From Polaribacter sp. (GTDB lineage: Bacteria; Bacteroidota; Bacteroidia; Flavobacteriales; Flavobacteriaceae), in assembly GCA_965261035.1 (NCBI GenBank), contig OZ253439.1:1337070-1401069 (forward strand): a stretch of DNA of 64,000 nt, given 5' to 3'. A model generated the notes under the pieces. The model saw only the letters and a list, made by a program, of their open reading frames with translations, did not search any database and was not told the origin of the DNA. Made by a program: the position numbers and the translations under genes. Below are positions 20,909-32,162 of the stretch, one piece after another (position 1 is the stretch's first letter; each line of letters opens with the position of its first letter).

Positions 20909-22068
20909 TATAATTTCCTGCGTTTCCTCTCTGCTTTAATCAAGTCTAATTCCCTACTCGTTTGACCCGCCACAGAAGTGTTTTCTTCCGCTCGTCTTAT
21001 CAAATAAGGCATTACATCTCTAACAGGACCAAAAGGAATATATTTAGCCACATTATAACCTCTGCTTGCCAAATTAAAACTGATATGATCGCTCATTCCA
21101 TATAATTGACCAAACCACAAACGCATATCATTTGGCTCAATAGAGTATTTTTTTGCCAAATCCATCAACAGATAAGAGCTTTCTTCATTATGAGTTCCTG
21201 CAAAAATTGCCATCTTCGGATGCTCCATCATATAAGATATAACAGCGTTATAATTATCATCCGTAGCCTGTTTATCCTTACAAATAGGAGAAATATATCC
21301 TTTTTCTTCGGCACGTGTCCGCTCCTTTTCCATATACGCTCCACGAACCACTTTCATTCCTATATAAAACCCCTTTTCAGCAGCTCTTTTATGCAAGTCC
21401 TTTAGATATTTTAATCTGTCGTGGCGATACATTTGTAGCGTATTAAACACGATAGCTTTTTTTGTATTATAGGTTTCCATCAATTCTTCTATCAGAATAT
21501 CGGCAGCATCTTGCATCCAGCTTTCTTCTGCGTCTATCAATAATGGAACATCTTTTTCTTGGGCAGATTTACAAACCTCATTGTAGCGCTCCACCACTCT
21601 GTTCCACTCCTTTTTTTCATCAGCAGATAATTTCTTGCCTTCTGTTATTTTTTGATACAAGGCAAAACGCCCAAAACCAGTGGGTTTAAAAACTGCGTAT
21701 GGAATATGTTTTTTTTCCTGTGCAAAACTGATAGTTTTTAACGTTTTCTCCATAGCATAATCAAACTGCTCTTCTATTTCCTTTCCTTCTATCGAATAAT
21801 CTAAAATAGAATACACTCTTTTTGTGTACATTTTATCTATGTTTGGCAAACAATCTTCTTCGGTAACTCCGCCACAAAAATGATCAAAAACGGTAGCTCT
21901 AATCAACCCTTCTACGGGCAAATGTGCTTTTAATGCAAAATTGGCAACCGCCGTGCCAATTCTTACCATTGGTTGATTTTGAATCATTTTAAATAAAAAA
22001 TATGCACGCTCTAATTGTAAATCGGATTTTAATGAAAAAGCTATTTCAGTATTATCAAAAAGTTTCAT
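20908..22068 (-). CDS. Proline dehydrogenase (monofunctional)
   Basis: LIDAEESW, NTLQMYR, KVVRGAYMEKE, GTHNEES, GQLYGM, YLIRRAEEN. Confidence 0.93.
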   Translation of the reverse strand: MKLFDNTEIAFSLKSDLQLERAYFLFKMIQNQPMVRIGTAVANFALKAHLPVEGLIRATVFDHFCGGVTEEDCLPNIDKMYTKRVYSILDYSIEGKEIEEQFDYAMEKTLKTISFAQEKKHIPYAVFKPTGFGRFALYQKITEGKKLSADEKKEWNRVVERYNEVCKSAQEKDVPLLIDAEESWMQDAADILIEELMETYNTKKAIVFNTLQMYRHDRLKYLKDLHKRAAEKGFYIGMKVVRGAYMEKERTRAEEKGYISPICKDKQATDDNYNAVISYMMEHPKMAIFAGTHNEESSYLLMDLAKKYSIEPNDMRLWFGQLYGMSDHISFNLASRGYNVAKYIPFGPVRDVMPYLIRRAEENTSVAGQTSRELDLIKAERKRRKL

Positions 22069-22092
22069 AAAAAATAGTTGATATTTAATTAA

Positions 22093-22556
22093 CTCATGTT
22101 ACGCAAAAATAACATAAATTTGAGGATATATTCTGAAATATATTGTTAATAAGTTTAAATTTAGAATAACTATAGAAAATTTTGTTTATTTATATACAGA
22201 TTATTTGATTAGTTCAAGTACCTATACTACAGCAACAGGAATGGCGTCATTACTTTCAATAAAGCACGATAAAATTACAAGAGCATTATCTACAGGTGTT
22301 TATGACAGTAAATTTTTATGAAAAAAAGCAAGTTTTCAAAAACGAGAATGGTACAGTCGGCGAGTTGTACTTGGCTTGTAGTGATTTAAGTTTATCGTAT
22401 GACAAGGTAACTACAATCTACAAAAAACGGTGGGCAGCAGAAGAATATCATAAATCTATTTAGTAGCTCAACAAGTTGCTTATCTCGAACTTCAAAAGTT
22501 ATCAACAATTAAAGCTGCATAAGTCCTTTTTTTGAAGTTTCTTTGCGTAACATGAG
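22093..22556 (+). mobile_element. Internally deleted IS701-family element (464 bp, MITE-like)
   Basis: Perfect 15-bp terminal inverted repeats CTCATGTTACGCAAA (22093..22107 / 22542..22556); transposase fragments LYTDYLISS..TTATG..HDKIT, KQVFKNENG..LYL..KKRW..EEYHKS and YLELQKL. Confidence 0.85.
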
Positions 22557-22559
22557 TTA

Positions 22560-23849
22560 TTAACTAAGAACAAACTTCATAGCTTTAGCTTTTAGTAAGC
22601 ACTCTTCGTATTCTTTTTCTGATGTAGATTTTGCAGTTATTGCCCCGCCAACAGAGTAGGAAATATACTTTTTTTCTTCGTTGTAAAGAATACTTCTGAT
22701 AATCACATTAAAATCAAAATCTTCATTAGGAGTAAAGTAACCGACAGTGCCAGAATACAGTCCCCGTTTGGTTTCTTCAAGCTTTTCTATGATTTTTAGT
22801 GCCGATATTTTTGGCACTCCCGTCATACTTCCCATAGGAAAGGTGTTTCTGATAATATCTACCGGATGTGTTTTTTTATCAACTTCAGACACTACCGTAG
22901 AAACCAATTGATGCACTTGCTTAAATGAGTGTATTTTACATAATTCTTCTACCTGTACAGTTCCTTTTTTGGCAGTTTTGGATAAGTCATTGCGAATTAA
23001 ATCTACAATCATAATATTTTCGGAGTACTCTTTTTCGTCACGTGATAAATTGAAAGCAATTTTGTCATCGTCAACTTTGCTCAACAGACGTTTTGCAGTT
23101 CCTTTAATTGGCTGAGAAATAACCTTTTCTTCTTCCTTTTTTATATATCTTTCAGGCGTAGCCGATAATAGATATTTATCTTCTATCTTTAGAAAAGTAG
23201 CAAAAGGAGACTCGGAAATTTCATTTAGGTGATTATAAACATTTAAAGGATTTATAGTCGTGTTTTCTGCATAAAATTCCTGACAAAAATTAGTTTCGTA
23301 AATGTCGCCTCTATGTATGTGTTCCAAAATATCATTTATTTTTTTATGATACTCATCTTTGTGAATTCGCAACTTTATATTAATGTTGTTCTGTATCTCT
23401 ATATTTATTTTTGATTGTTTTTTAATTATTTCAAAGTCTGTATAAATCTGATTATCAATCATTTTTAAATAATTAAATTCAATTGTATTATCTTTGATAA
23501 ATATCAATTTTTTAGGTTGAAAGAAATACAAATCATCAAATCCTAATCCGTCAAAATTATTGGAGGTTAGCTTTTCTACATCGTTTTTTGCATCATAACT
23601 TATATAACCAAAGATATAATCTTTTGTATTGGATTGATATTCTTTTAGCTTGTAAAACGCATTGTGGTAATCGGTTTTGATAGACGTAAATTCATCTATC
23701 GCCAAGACGCAATCAAAAGAAGAATATTTTTGATTGTATTTATTAGAATCTAACCAAATAATGGTTTCTGACTGTTGAGCCCACATCAATAATTTAGTCT
23801 TAAAATTATCTGTAGAACTAACTGTAAAACGTATCTGTGTTCTTTGCAT
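22560..23849 (-). CDS. pabB: Aminodeoxychorismate synthase component I
   Basis: GDIYETNFC, SQPIKGT, ENIMIVDLIRND, GSMTGVPK, RGLYSG; start MQRTQ preferred. Confidence 0.85.
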   Translation of the reverse strand: MQRTQIRFTVSSTDNFKTKLLMWAQQSETIIWLDSNKYNQKYSSFDCVLAIDEFTSIKTDYHNAFYKLKEYQSNTKDYIFGYISYDAKNDVEKLTSNNFDGLGFDDLYFFQPKKLIFIKDNTIEFNYLKMIDNQIYTDFEIIKKQSKINIEIQNNINIKLRIHKDEYHKKINDILEHIHRGDIYETNFCQEFYAENTTINPLNVYNHLNEISESPFATFLKIEDKYLLSATPERYIKKEEEKVISQPIKGTAKRLLSKVDDDKIAFNLSRDEKEYSENIMIVDLIRNDLSKTAKKGTVQVEELCKIHSFKQVHQLVSTVVSEVDKKTHPVDIIRNTFPMGSMTGVPKISALKIIEKLEETKRGLYSGTVGYFTPNEDFDFNVIIRSILYNEEKKYISYSVGGAITAKSTSEKEYEECLLKAKAMKFVLS

Positions 23850-23989
23850 TGCTGCAAAAATACAAATCTTGCTATCTTGTACCAAATTGAAAATTACACA
23901 ATTTGATGATTTGATAATTCAGTAATTCAACAACTTTTCATTTTTAGTTTTATTTCCCTACCTTTGAAATTTTAAGATTAAATTACAGA

Positions 23990-26449
23990 ATGAACCTACA
24001 AAAATTTATTCTTCTTCTATGTTTAGTTATTGCTACAATATTGTCAGCACAGACAAAAGATACATCAATAATTTACAGGAAAGAAAAAGACAAGGTAAAC
24101 GCCATTGTACACACAAAATTAAAGGTCTCTTTTGATTTTAGTAAAAAACAATTAATAGGCGAGGAGTGGATTACTTTAAGTCCATATTTCTATTCAACAG
24201 ATAAAGTTACGTTAGATGCAAAAGCAATGATTATTCATAGTATATTGCTTAATAACAGAGAGTTACCGTATAATTACGACGGATATAAAATAATTGTAGA
24301 ATTGCCAAAAAAGTATAAAAAAGAAGAAGAATACACACTTCATATCAAATATACGGCAAGACCTGAAAAAGTGAAACAGAAAGGAAGTTTGGCAATTACA
24401 AGTGCAAAAGGATTGTATTTTATAAACGCCGATGGTTTTGATAAAAATAAACCGACACAAATCTGGACTCAAGGAGAAACCGAATCGAGTAGTTGTTGGT
24501 TTCCGACGATTGATAGCCCAAATCAAAAGACATCACAGGAAATTTATATAACCGTTCCGGATAGATTTAAAACCTTATCGAACGGAAAATTAATCAGTCA
24601 AACAAAGAATGATAATCTGAGAACAGATTATTGGAAATTTGATAAAAAGCACGCTCCGTACTTATTTTTTATGGGAATTGGCGAATACGAAATTATAGAA
24701 GATTCCTATAAAGATATTCCTATCAATTATTATGTAGAAAAAAAATACGCTCCGTACGCATCTCAAATTTTTGGTTTAACGCCAGAAATGATGAGCTTTT
24801 TCTCTAAGATAACAGGAATAGAATATCCTTGGAATAAATACAGTCAGATTGTTGGGAGAGATTACGTGAGTGGAGCTATGGAAAATACAACGGCTGTAAT
24901 TCACGGAGAAAAAGCATATCAAATGCCAGGGCAATTAATAGACGAAAACATTCAGGAAAATACTATCGCACACGAGCTTTTTCATCATTGGTTTGGGAAT
25001 TTGGTAACCGCAGAAAGTTGGAGTAATCTAACAGTAAATGAATCTTTTGCAAATTATAGTGAGTATTTATGGAGAGAATATAAATATGGAAAAGATGACG
25101 CAGATGCTCATTTATTAGAAGACGTGGAGGGATATAAACAGGGTGAAAATTATGATAAAGATTTGGTTCGTTTTTATTATGACGACAAGGAAGATATGTT
25201 TGATGCCGTCAGTTATAACAAGGGCGGAGCTATCCTGCATATGTTGCGTAAATACTTGGGAGACGATGCTTTTTATACGAGTTTAAATAAATATTTAACA
25301 GATAATAAATACAAAACGGGCGAAGTTCATCAGTTGAGATTGGCTTTTGAAAAGGTTACAGGAAAAGATTTGAATTGGTTTTTTAATCAGTGGTATTTTG
25401 GTAGCGGACATCCTAAAATTCAAGTAACTTACGATTATAATACTTTGGAAAAAACGGTTGCGGTAAATATTTATCAAACCGGAAAAACTTTTCAATTTCC
25501 ACTATCTATTGATATTGTTGAAAAAGGAAAGAAAATGAGACACAATGTTTTTGTAGATAAAAAAGACGTTTCATTTTTGCTCTCTTACAGAAAAACTCCG
25601 GAAATTATTTTGGTAAATGCCGACGGTGTTTTGCTGGCTGATTTTATAGAAACAAAGACTTTGAAACAGTATATAAGTCAGTTGAAATACGCATCTTATT
25701 ACGGTCATAAAAAGGAGGCTCTGCTGGAAATTGCTAAGCATCAGGATAATAAAAAGGCTTTTAATTCCATTGCAAATGCGATGAGCAATTCTTTTTATAA
25801 AATCAGAAAATTGGCGGTAGAAAACATCGACCTTTTTAATAAATATTCTAAAAAAAATGTTATAAACAAGATAAAAGAAATTGCCAATTCGGACGGGAAA
25901 ACATTGGTTAGAGCAGCTGCAATAGAAACTTTAGGAAAATTGACAGACGCGGAAAACTTGCCAATTTTTAACGAGGCACTGAAGAGCAAATCTTTTAGCG
26001 TAAAAGGCAAAGCATTGGTGGCAATTTATTATATTGACAAAGATGCTGCAATTTTGCTGTCAAAAAAATTACCAAATGAAGTGAGAAAAATAATAGCAAC
26101 TCCGCTAACCCGTATATTTATTGAAGAAAACGATTATACTGAATTAGTTTTTATAGCCAAAAATGTATTATCTGGAATGCTTTTAACGAATGATAATAAA
26201 ACTAAGACTCTCTATAAAAAGGCTTATGAAAAAATAGCCAAGAGCAATAATACGGAAGCAATTACAAATTTGGTAAACGATATGGTTGCAAAAGGTTTTC
26301 AGTATAAAAAATTCAATTTTGACAAAGTAGCGATTAATTTAATGCGTCAGATGGTGCAATTTCAAAAAGATGAAAACGTGCCAAATAAAACAAAACATAT
26401 AGAAATTATAAGAATCGGTATGGCTAAGTTGTTGGAAGTTGGAAACTAA
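23990..26449 (+). CDS. M1-family aminopeptidase with C-terminal HEAT repeats
   Basis: GAMEN, HELFHHW(18)E, signal peptide. Confidence 0.93.
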   Translation: MNLQKFILLLCLVIATILSAQTKDTSIIYRKEKDKVNAIVHTKLKVSFDFSKKQLIGEEWITLSPYFYSTDKVTLDAKAMIIHSILLNNRELPYNYDGYKIIVELPKKYKKEEEYTLHIKYTARPEKVKQKGSLAITSAKGLYFINADGFDKNKPTQIWTQGETESSSCWFPTIDSPNQKTSQEIYITVPDRFKTLSNGKLISQTKNDNLRTDYWKFDKKHAPYLFFMGIGEYEIIEDSYKDIPINYYVEKKYAPYASQIFGLTPEMMSFFSKITGIEYPWNKYSQIVGRDYVSGAMENTTAVIHGEKAYQMPGQLIDENIQENTIAHELFHHWFGNLVTAESWSNLTVNESFANYSEYLWREYKYGKDDADAHLLEDVEGYKQGENYDKDLVRFYYDDKEDMFDAVSYNKGGAILHMLRKYLGDDAFYTSLNKYLTDNKYKTGEVHQLRLAFEKVTGKDLNWFFNQWYFGSGHPKIQVTYDYNTLEKTVAVNIYQTGKTFQFPLSIDIVEKGKKMRHNVFVDKKDVSFLLSYRKTPEIILVNADGVLLADFIETKTLKQYISQLKYASYYGHKKEALLEIAKHQDNKKAFNSIANAMSNSFYKIRKLAVENIDLFNKYSKKNVINKIKEIANSDGKTLVRAAAIETLGKLTDAENLPIFNEALKSKSFSVKGKALVAIYYIDKDAAILLSKKLPNEVRKIIATPLTRIFIEENDYTELVFIAKNVLSGMLLTNDNKTKTLYKKAYEKIAKSNNTEAITNLVNDMVAKGFQYKKFNFDKVAINLMRQMVQFQKDENVPNKTKHIEIIRIGMAKLLEVGN

Positions 26450-26855
26450 AAGTTGGTAGTTTTCAGTTTAACTTACTTTCCTGCTCCCAGCATTTTGTTT
26501 TGCTATTAAAATCACTGTTGTCGAGACTGTAAACTTAACTCTGTCTGAATAGGAAAAAAGTATTAATTTTATTCAAACAGAAAATATGACAAATCAAGAA
26601 CAAAAGTATAATTGAAATTACAAAAAACTAAAATCATTTCTAAAAGTTTAATATTTTTGAAATAAAAAAGGATTGGCTTAAAAATCAATTAATAGAGGTT
26701 GCCTAATATCTTTCGTAAAAATCGGCAAAATTTGTTATAGTAAAAAATTAATAGCCAAAAGTAGGTATATTCTAAATTCAACAATTAAACCATTAAAGTG
26801 ATAAAGATAAAATTTTACTTTGTAGATTTGCCAAACTAAAATTTAGTTATTAAAA

Positions 26856-28748
26856 ATGAGCAGAGTAAAAAGAAATTATGTTTTCGACTTTGATAGCACC
26901 TTAACTCGTGTGGAAGCATTAGATGTTTTAGCAGAAATTACATTAGCTAATAATCCTGACAAAACAAAAATAATTCAAGAAATTCAGGATATTACTAATC
27001 TAGGGATTGACGGCGAAATTTCATTTACCACGTCATTAGAAAGACGCATAAAATTATTGAACGCAAAAAAATCAGATTTGCCCTTGCTGATAGAAAAATT
27101 AAAACAGAAAATATCTTTATCAATCGAAAGAAATAAAGATTTTTTTGAAAATTTTTCAGACGATATTTATATAATATCCTGCGGATTTAAAGAATTTATA
27201 GACGATATCGTAAAAGAATATAATATATCACCAGAAAGAGTGTACGCCAATACGTTTGAGTTTGACAAAGAAGACCTTATTGTTGGCTTTGACAAAAATA
27301 ATATATTGTCTGTTAACAACGGAAAAATTCAGTGCCTGAAAGACATGAATTTAAAAGGAGAAATTCAAATGATTGGCGACGGATATAGTGATTATGTAAC
27401 TAGAGAGGCAGGAATTTCAGACTCATTTTTTGCATATACAGAGAATGTTTCTCGAAAAAAAACCATAAAAGATGCCGACTATATAACACCAAATTTTGAT
27501 GAGTTTTTATTTGTAAACAGATTGCCGAGAAACATCTCATATCCAAAGAACAGAATTAAGATTTTGCTGTTAGAAAACGTGCATTCAGATGCTTTTGATA
27601 AACTCTCAGAAGACGGTTTTACAGTAGAAACAGTTTCAAAAAGTCTTCCAGAAGATAAATTGATTGAAAAATTACGAGATGTACACGTTTTAGGAATCCG
27701 CTCCAAAACACAGGTTACCAAAAAAGTAATTGAAGCCGCCGAAAAACTAATGGTTGTCGGAGCTTTTTGTATCGGTACAGAACAAATAGATTTAGATGCT
27801 TGTAAGAACAAAGGAATTGCGATTTTTAACGCTCCGTATAGCAATACACGCTCGGTTGTTGAATTGGCAATTGGTCAAATTATTATGCTAATGCGTAATA
27901 TTTTTCAACGAAGTACAGAATTGCATAACGGTCAGTGGAACAAAACGGCTCAAGGTTCTCTTGAAGTACGTGGAAAAAAATTAGGAATTATCGGGTATGG
28001 CAATATCGGAAAGCAACTATCCGTTCTTGCAGAGGCTCTGGGAATGGACGTGTCTTATTATGATGTTGAAGACAAATTGGCTCTGGGAAATGCCACAAAA
28101 ATTGACAAACTTTCAGATTTATTGTACATTTCTGATATAGTAACTTTGCATATTGATGACAATCCTATAAACAAGAATTTTATAGGCGAAAAAGAAATTT
28201 CTCAAATGAAAGATGGTGCTTTTTTGATAAACCTTTCTCGTGGATTTGTAGTAGATATTAAAGCGTTAAAAACAGCGTTAGAAAGCGGTAAATTGGCAGG
28301 AGCAGCCGTTGATGTTTATCCAAAGGAGCCAATGGCAAATGGTCATTTTTATACGGAGCTGAAAGGACTAAAAAATGTGATTTTAACGCCACACGTAGGA
28401 GGTAGCACTGAGGAAGCCCAAAAAGATATTGCCGATTTTGTTCCCAATAAAATTATGGCATATATTAACTTTGGAAATACAGTAGATGCTGTAAATTTTC
28501 CTAATATAAGGTTGCCAAAACACAAAAATGCACACCGCTTTTTACATATTCATAAAAACGTGCCGGGCGTTATGGCAAAAATAAATAAAGTATTGGCACA
28601 ATACGAAATGAATATCATTGGTCAATATTTATCTACCGACGAAAAAGTAGGCTATGTAATAACTGATTTAGACAAAGATTATAACAAAGCGGTTGTTAAA
28701 AAACTGAAGAAAGTTGACGGTACAATTAAGTTTAGAGTGCTGTATTAG
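26856..28748 (+). CDS. serA: Phosphoserine phosphatase (HAD)-D-3-phosphoglycerate dehydrogenase-ACT fusion
   Basis: N-terminal DFDST and GDGYSD; GYGNIG; TPHVGGST; C-terminal ACT HKNVPGVM. Confidence 0.92.
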   Translation: MSRVKRNYVFDFDSTLTRVEALDVLAEITLANNPDKTKIIQEIQDITNLGIDGEISFTTSLERRIKLLNAKKSDLPLLIEKLKQKISLSIERNKDFFENFSDDIYIISCGFKEFIDDIVKEYNISPERVYANTFEFDKEDLIVGFDKNNILSVNNGKIQCLKDMNLKGEIQMIGDGYSDYVTREAGISDSFFAYTENVSRKKTIKDADYITPNFDEFLFVNRLPRNISYPKNRIKILLLENVHSDAFDKLSEDGFTVETVSKSLPEDKLIEKLRDVHVLGIRSKTQVTKKVIEAAEKLMVVGAFCIGTEQIDLDACKNKGIAIFNAPYSNTRSVVELAIGQIIMLMRNIFQRSTELHNGQWNKTAQGSLEVRGKKLGIIGYGNIGKQLSVLAEALGMDVSYYDVEDKLALGNATKIDKLSDLLYISDIVTLHIDDNPINKNFIGEKEISQMKDGAFLINLSRGFVVDIKALKTALESGKLAGAAVDVYPKEPMANGHFYTELKGLKNVILTPHVGGSTEEAQKDIADFVPNKIMAYINFGNTVDAVNFPNIRLPKHKNAHRFLHIHKNVPGVMAKINKVLAQYEMNIIGQYLSTDEKVGYVITDLDKDYNKAVVKKLKKVDGTIKFRVLY

Positions 28749-28797
28749 AAGGGGTTAATTGTTGAATTGTCAAATTATCAAATCGTATAATTGTTAA

Positions 28798-29385
28798 ATG
28801 TTTCAGTTAGGAAAAACAATAGTTTCAGAAGATATTATAGAAAAAGATTTTGTCTGCAATCTTTCGGCTTGCAAGGGAGCGTGCTGTATAGACGGTGATG
28901 CGGGTGCTCCATTAGAAAAAGAAGAAACTAAAATTTTAGACGATATTTATCCCAAAATAAAACCTTTTTTACGTAAAGAAGGAATTGACGTAATTGAAAA
29001 AGAAGGAACTTGGACAACAAGTGATTTTGGCGAGTTAGAAGCCCCTTTAATTAATGGTTCAGATTGCGTATATGTAATTTTTGACGAAAAAAATACCGCA
29101 CTTTGTGCGATAGAAGAATCGTATAATCAAGGAGTTATAGATTGGAAAAAACCTGTTTCGTGTCATTTGTACCCAATTCGTGTGCAAGGTTATAGCGAGT
29201 TTTATGCTGTAAATTACAATAAATGGGATATTTGCGATGACGCTTGTTCTTTAGGAAAAGAGTTGCAAGTACCAGTTTATAAGTTTGTAAAACAGGCACT
29301 TATACGAAAATTTGGAGAAGATTGGTATGCCGAACTCGAAAAAGTTGCTAAAAAACATTTAGACTCAACTAAGGTTTTAGGCTAG
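28798..29385 (+). CDS. DUF3109 family protein
   Basis: FVCNLSACKGACC, KPVSCHLYPIR. Confidence 0.88.
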   Translation: MFQLGKTIVSEDIIEKDFVCNLSACKGACCIDGDAGAPLEKEETKILDDIYPKIKPFLRKEGIDVIEKEGTWTTSDFGELEAPLINGSDCVYVIFDEKNTALCAIEESYNQGVIDWKKPVSCHLYPIRVQGYSEFYAVNYNKWDICDDACSLGKELQVPVYKFVKQALIRKFGEDWYAELEKVAKKHLDSTKVLG

Positions 29386-29439
29386 CAACCAACCGAGATT
29401 TACGATTCAACAATTAAACAACTTAAGACATAATTATTT

Positions 29440-30261
29440 TTGGATAATAAAACAAAAAATATCTATTGGAAAAACCGCCTTCACGAAATAATTTATGAAG
29501 CAGATACCAAAGGAGGTAAAATTTTTGATGCTGTGCTGCTTATTGCAATTTTAGCAAGCATTTTATTAGTAATGCTAGAAAGTGTAGAAAGCATCAACAA
29601 TAAATACCACACATTTTTAAATATTTCTGAATGGATTATAACTATTTTATTTTCAATAGAATACATCCTTAGATTAATCTCTATAAAGAGAGTCAGTAGC
29701 TACATTTTTAGCTTTTACGGAATTATAGATTTACTATCTACGCTTCCAAAATATTTGTCAATTATATTTGTAGGAACACACAGTTTAGTAGCTTTAAGAG
29801 CCTTGCGTTTGCTACGTGTTTTTAGAATTTTAAAACTCGCTCGTTTTATTGGAGCTTCGAATAATTTATTAAAAGCCTTAAAAGCTAGTAGAGCAAAAAT
29901 TGCTGTATTCTTATTCTTCGTTTTGATTTTATGTACCATTCTCGGAACTGTAATGTATCTGATTGAAGGTTCAAAAAACGGATTTACAAGCATACCGAGA
30001 AGCGTGTATTGGGCGATTGTAACTCTGACAACAGTGGGTTATGGAGATATTTCTCCGCAGACTCCGCAGGGTCAATTTATTGCTAGTATTATAATGATTT
30101 TAGGATATGGAATTATCGCTATTCCCACTGGAATTGTAAGCTCTGAGATAGTCAAAACAAATTCTGTTCAAACAAATACGCAATCTTGCCCTAATTGTGT
30201 TGCAGAAAATCATAACGATAAAGCGGAATTCTGTTATAATTGCGGAAGTAAACTCAATTAG
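29440..30261 (+). CDS. Ion transporter / potassium channel with C-terminal Zn ribbon
   Basis: S4 RALRLLRVFRILKL; filter TTVGYGD; CPNC...CYNCG. Confidence 0.92.
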   Translation: MDNKTKNIYWKNRLHEIIYEADTKGGKIFDAVLLIAILASILLVMLESVESINNKYHTFLNISEWIITILFSIEYILRLISIKRVSSYIFSFYGIIDLLSTLPKYLSIIFVGTHSLVALRALRLLRVFRILKLARFIGASNNLLKALKASRAKIAVFLFFVLILCTILGTVMYLIEGSKNGFTSIPRSVYWAIVTLTTVGYGDISPQTPQGQFIASIIMILGYGIIAIPTGIVSSEIVKTNSVQTNTQSCPNCVAENHNDKAEFCYNCGSKLN

Positions 30262-31197
30262 ATGCCAGAAATTCCTCAAAACATTCTAATCACCATTGTT
30301 GGACCAACTGCAATTGGAAAAACTGCTTTGAGTATTAAATTAGCTCAACACTTTAATTCAGAAATTATTTCTTGTGATTCCCGTCAATTTTATAAAGAAA
30401 TGAGTGTTGGAACTGCTGTTCCTAAGGCTGACGAATTGGCAATGGCAAAACATCATTTTATTCAAAATAGAAGCATTTTTGAAAATTATAGTGTCGGACA
30501 ATTTGAGCGTGATGCACTTATCAAATTAGAAGAACTTTTTCAACAAAATAATGTTGTGATTATGGTTGGCGGTAGCGGATTATACGTAGATGCCGTGTTG
30601 AAAGGATTAGATTATTTTCCAGATGTATCAGCAGAAATTAGAGAGAAAATAAACAAACAATTACAAGAAAAAGGTGTTGTTTTTTTGCAGGAACAACTAA
30701 AAGAATTGGATATAAAAACGTATAATTCTATTGATTTGGAAAATCCTTATAGATTAATTAGAGCCTTAGAAATATGTATAGAAACTGATTTTCCATACTC
30801 CAGTTTTAAAAATAAATCAAAAACTCCAAGAAATTTTAAGCCCATAAAAATTGGCTTAAATGCTGATAGACAACTAATTTATGATAGAATTAATGAGCGT
30901 GTAGATGATATGATTAATGACGGTTTGATAGAAGAGGCTAAAAATTTGTATCCTAATAAAAATCTTAATGCCTTACAAACAGTTGGTTACAGAGAATTAT
31001 TTTCTTATTTTGACGGAACAATATCAAAAGAATTTGCTATTGAGGAAATAAAAAAAAATACTAGGCGTTTTGCCAAAAGACAACTTACGTGGTTTCGTAA
31101 AGATAAAGAAATTAATTGGTTTGATTTTAAAACTGATATAAAACAAATTATTTCCGCCATAGATAATCGCAATTTGACCACAAAATATCGTATATAA
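30262..31197 (+). CDS. miaA: tRNA dimethylallyltransferase
   Basis: GPTAIGKT, DSRQFY, TRRFAKRQLTWFR. Confidence 0.97.
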   Translation: MPEIPQNILITIVGPTAIGKTALSIKLAQHFNSEIISCDSRQFYKEMSVGTAVPKADELAMAKHHFIQNRSIFENYSVGQFERDALIKLEELFQQNNVVIMVGGSGLYVDAVLKGLDYFPDVSAEIREKINKQLQEKGVVFLQEQLKELDIKTYNSIDLENPYRLIRALEICIETDFPYSSFKNKSKTPRNFKPIKIGLNADRQLIYDRINERVDDMINDGLIEEAKNLYPNKNLNALQTVGYRELFSYFDGTISKEFAIEEIKKNTRRFAKRQLTWFRKDKEINWFDFKTDIKQIISAIDNRNLTTKYRI

Positions 31198-31382
31198 ATT
31201 GGTAACTATTCAGCCATAAATTCAGAAATATCATTTCATTCTAAAAAATAACTATTTCATCAATATTGTTGATAACTATTTTATATTTAGCATGTTTATC
31301 ACTTTGTAGTTATCCATTAAATTATTTATTTTTGTTTAAACAAAAATAAATTTACCTAGATTCAAGATAGTGCAAGTTTTTG

Positions 31383-31535
31383 AACAGTGATCTAGTTTCT
31401 GGATATACAATCAGACAGATAGAAGATGCGTTAATAAACCAGAGAACGTGGAGTAGCTGGAAAAACAACATAAAAAATAAATATAACAATGCAACAGAAA
31501 GCAATTTGGACGCACTTTTTTCAGCGTATGAATAA
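31383..31535 (+). pseudogene. C-terminal relic of a Bacteroidota surface-protein (metallopeptidase-like) family
   Basis: Startless frame NSDLVSGYTIRQIEDAL...WKNNIKNKYNNATESNLDALFSAYE*; family recalled from memory. Confidence 0.55.
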
Positions 31536-31562
31536 GCTTTTTATGCCCTTAAATTAGATATA

Positions 31563-32162
31563 ATGAAGAGTAAAATCAATTTTTTTTTAATAAGCTATTT
31601 TCTGTTTTTATTTATAGGAATATTATCCTGTGATACTTGTGGTCCATCTCCCGATAAGTTTAAAATCACAGGTTTAGAATGGACTATAGATAAGTCAGAA
31701 TATATATCAGTTGACCCAAAAGTAGTTGTTTATGACAAATATTCAATACAAATTTATTTTCAAACAGAAGAGTATTATTCAATGACTAATAAGATTCAAG
31801 GATTTAATTTTATTAATACTGCATACGCTTGTAGTCCTAAACCTCCAACTACAGATGATAAAATCACAAATATTGAAATCTTTTCAGATAATGATTTTAA
31901 CGCAGATAATTTGTCAGGAGCAAATTTAGCAGCGCTTTTTGACGTTACTGTGTTTGAAGAATTTTCTAGTAACTCTGTAAAATATGATTTGAATGAGTAT
32001 ATAGCTACAGAGCCTACCGTTCCCAGAGATTTACATTTAACTTTAAAAAAACCACCAACGAGTACGAGCAGTCATGCTTTTCAAGTTAAGTATTATCAGA
32101 ACGGAAAGGATTTGAATGATTTTAAGTTTACAACAGATTCTGTAGAAATAAGGGCTGAATGA
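31563..32162 (+). CDS. Hypothetical lipoprotein (DUF5034-like)
   Basis: Lipobox ILSC; FINTAYACSP; NDFNAD..SGANL pattern. Confidence 0.65.
   Translation: MKSKINFFLISYFLFLFIGILSCDTCGPSPDKFKITGLEWTIDKSEYISVDPKVVVYDKYSIQIYFQTEEYYSMTNKIQGFNFINTAYACSPKPPTTDDKITNIEIFSDNDFNADNLSGANLAALFDVTVFEEFSSNSVKYDLNEYIATEPTVPRDLHLTLKKPPTSTSSHAFQVKYYQNGKDLNDFKFTTDSVEIRAE

Noticed and set aside
26450-26855. Hidden gene or ncRNA in the 400-bp gap before serA
   Set aside because: No convincing ORF, motif or stable structure
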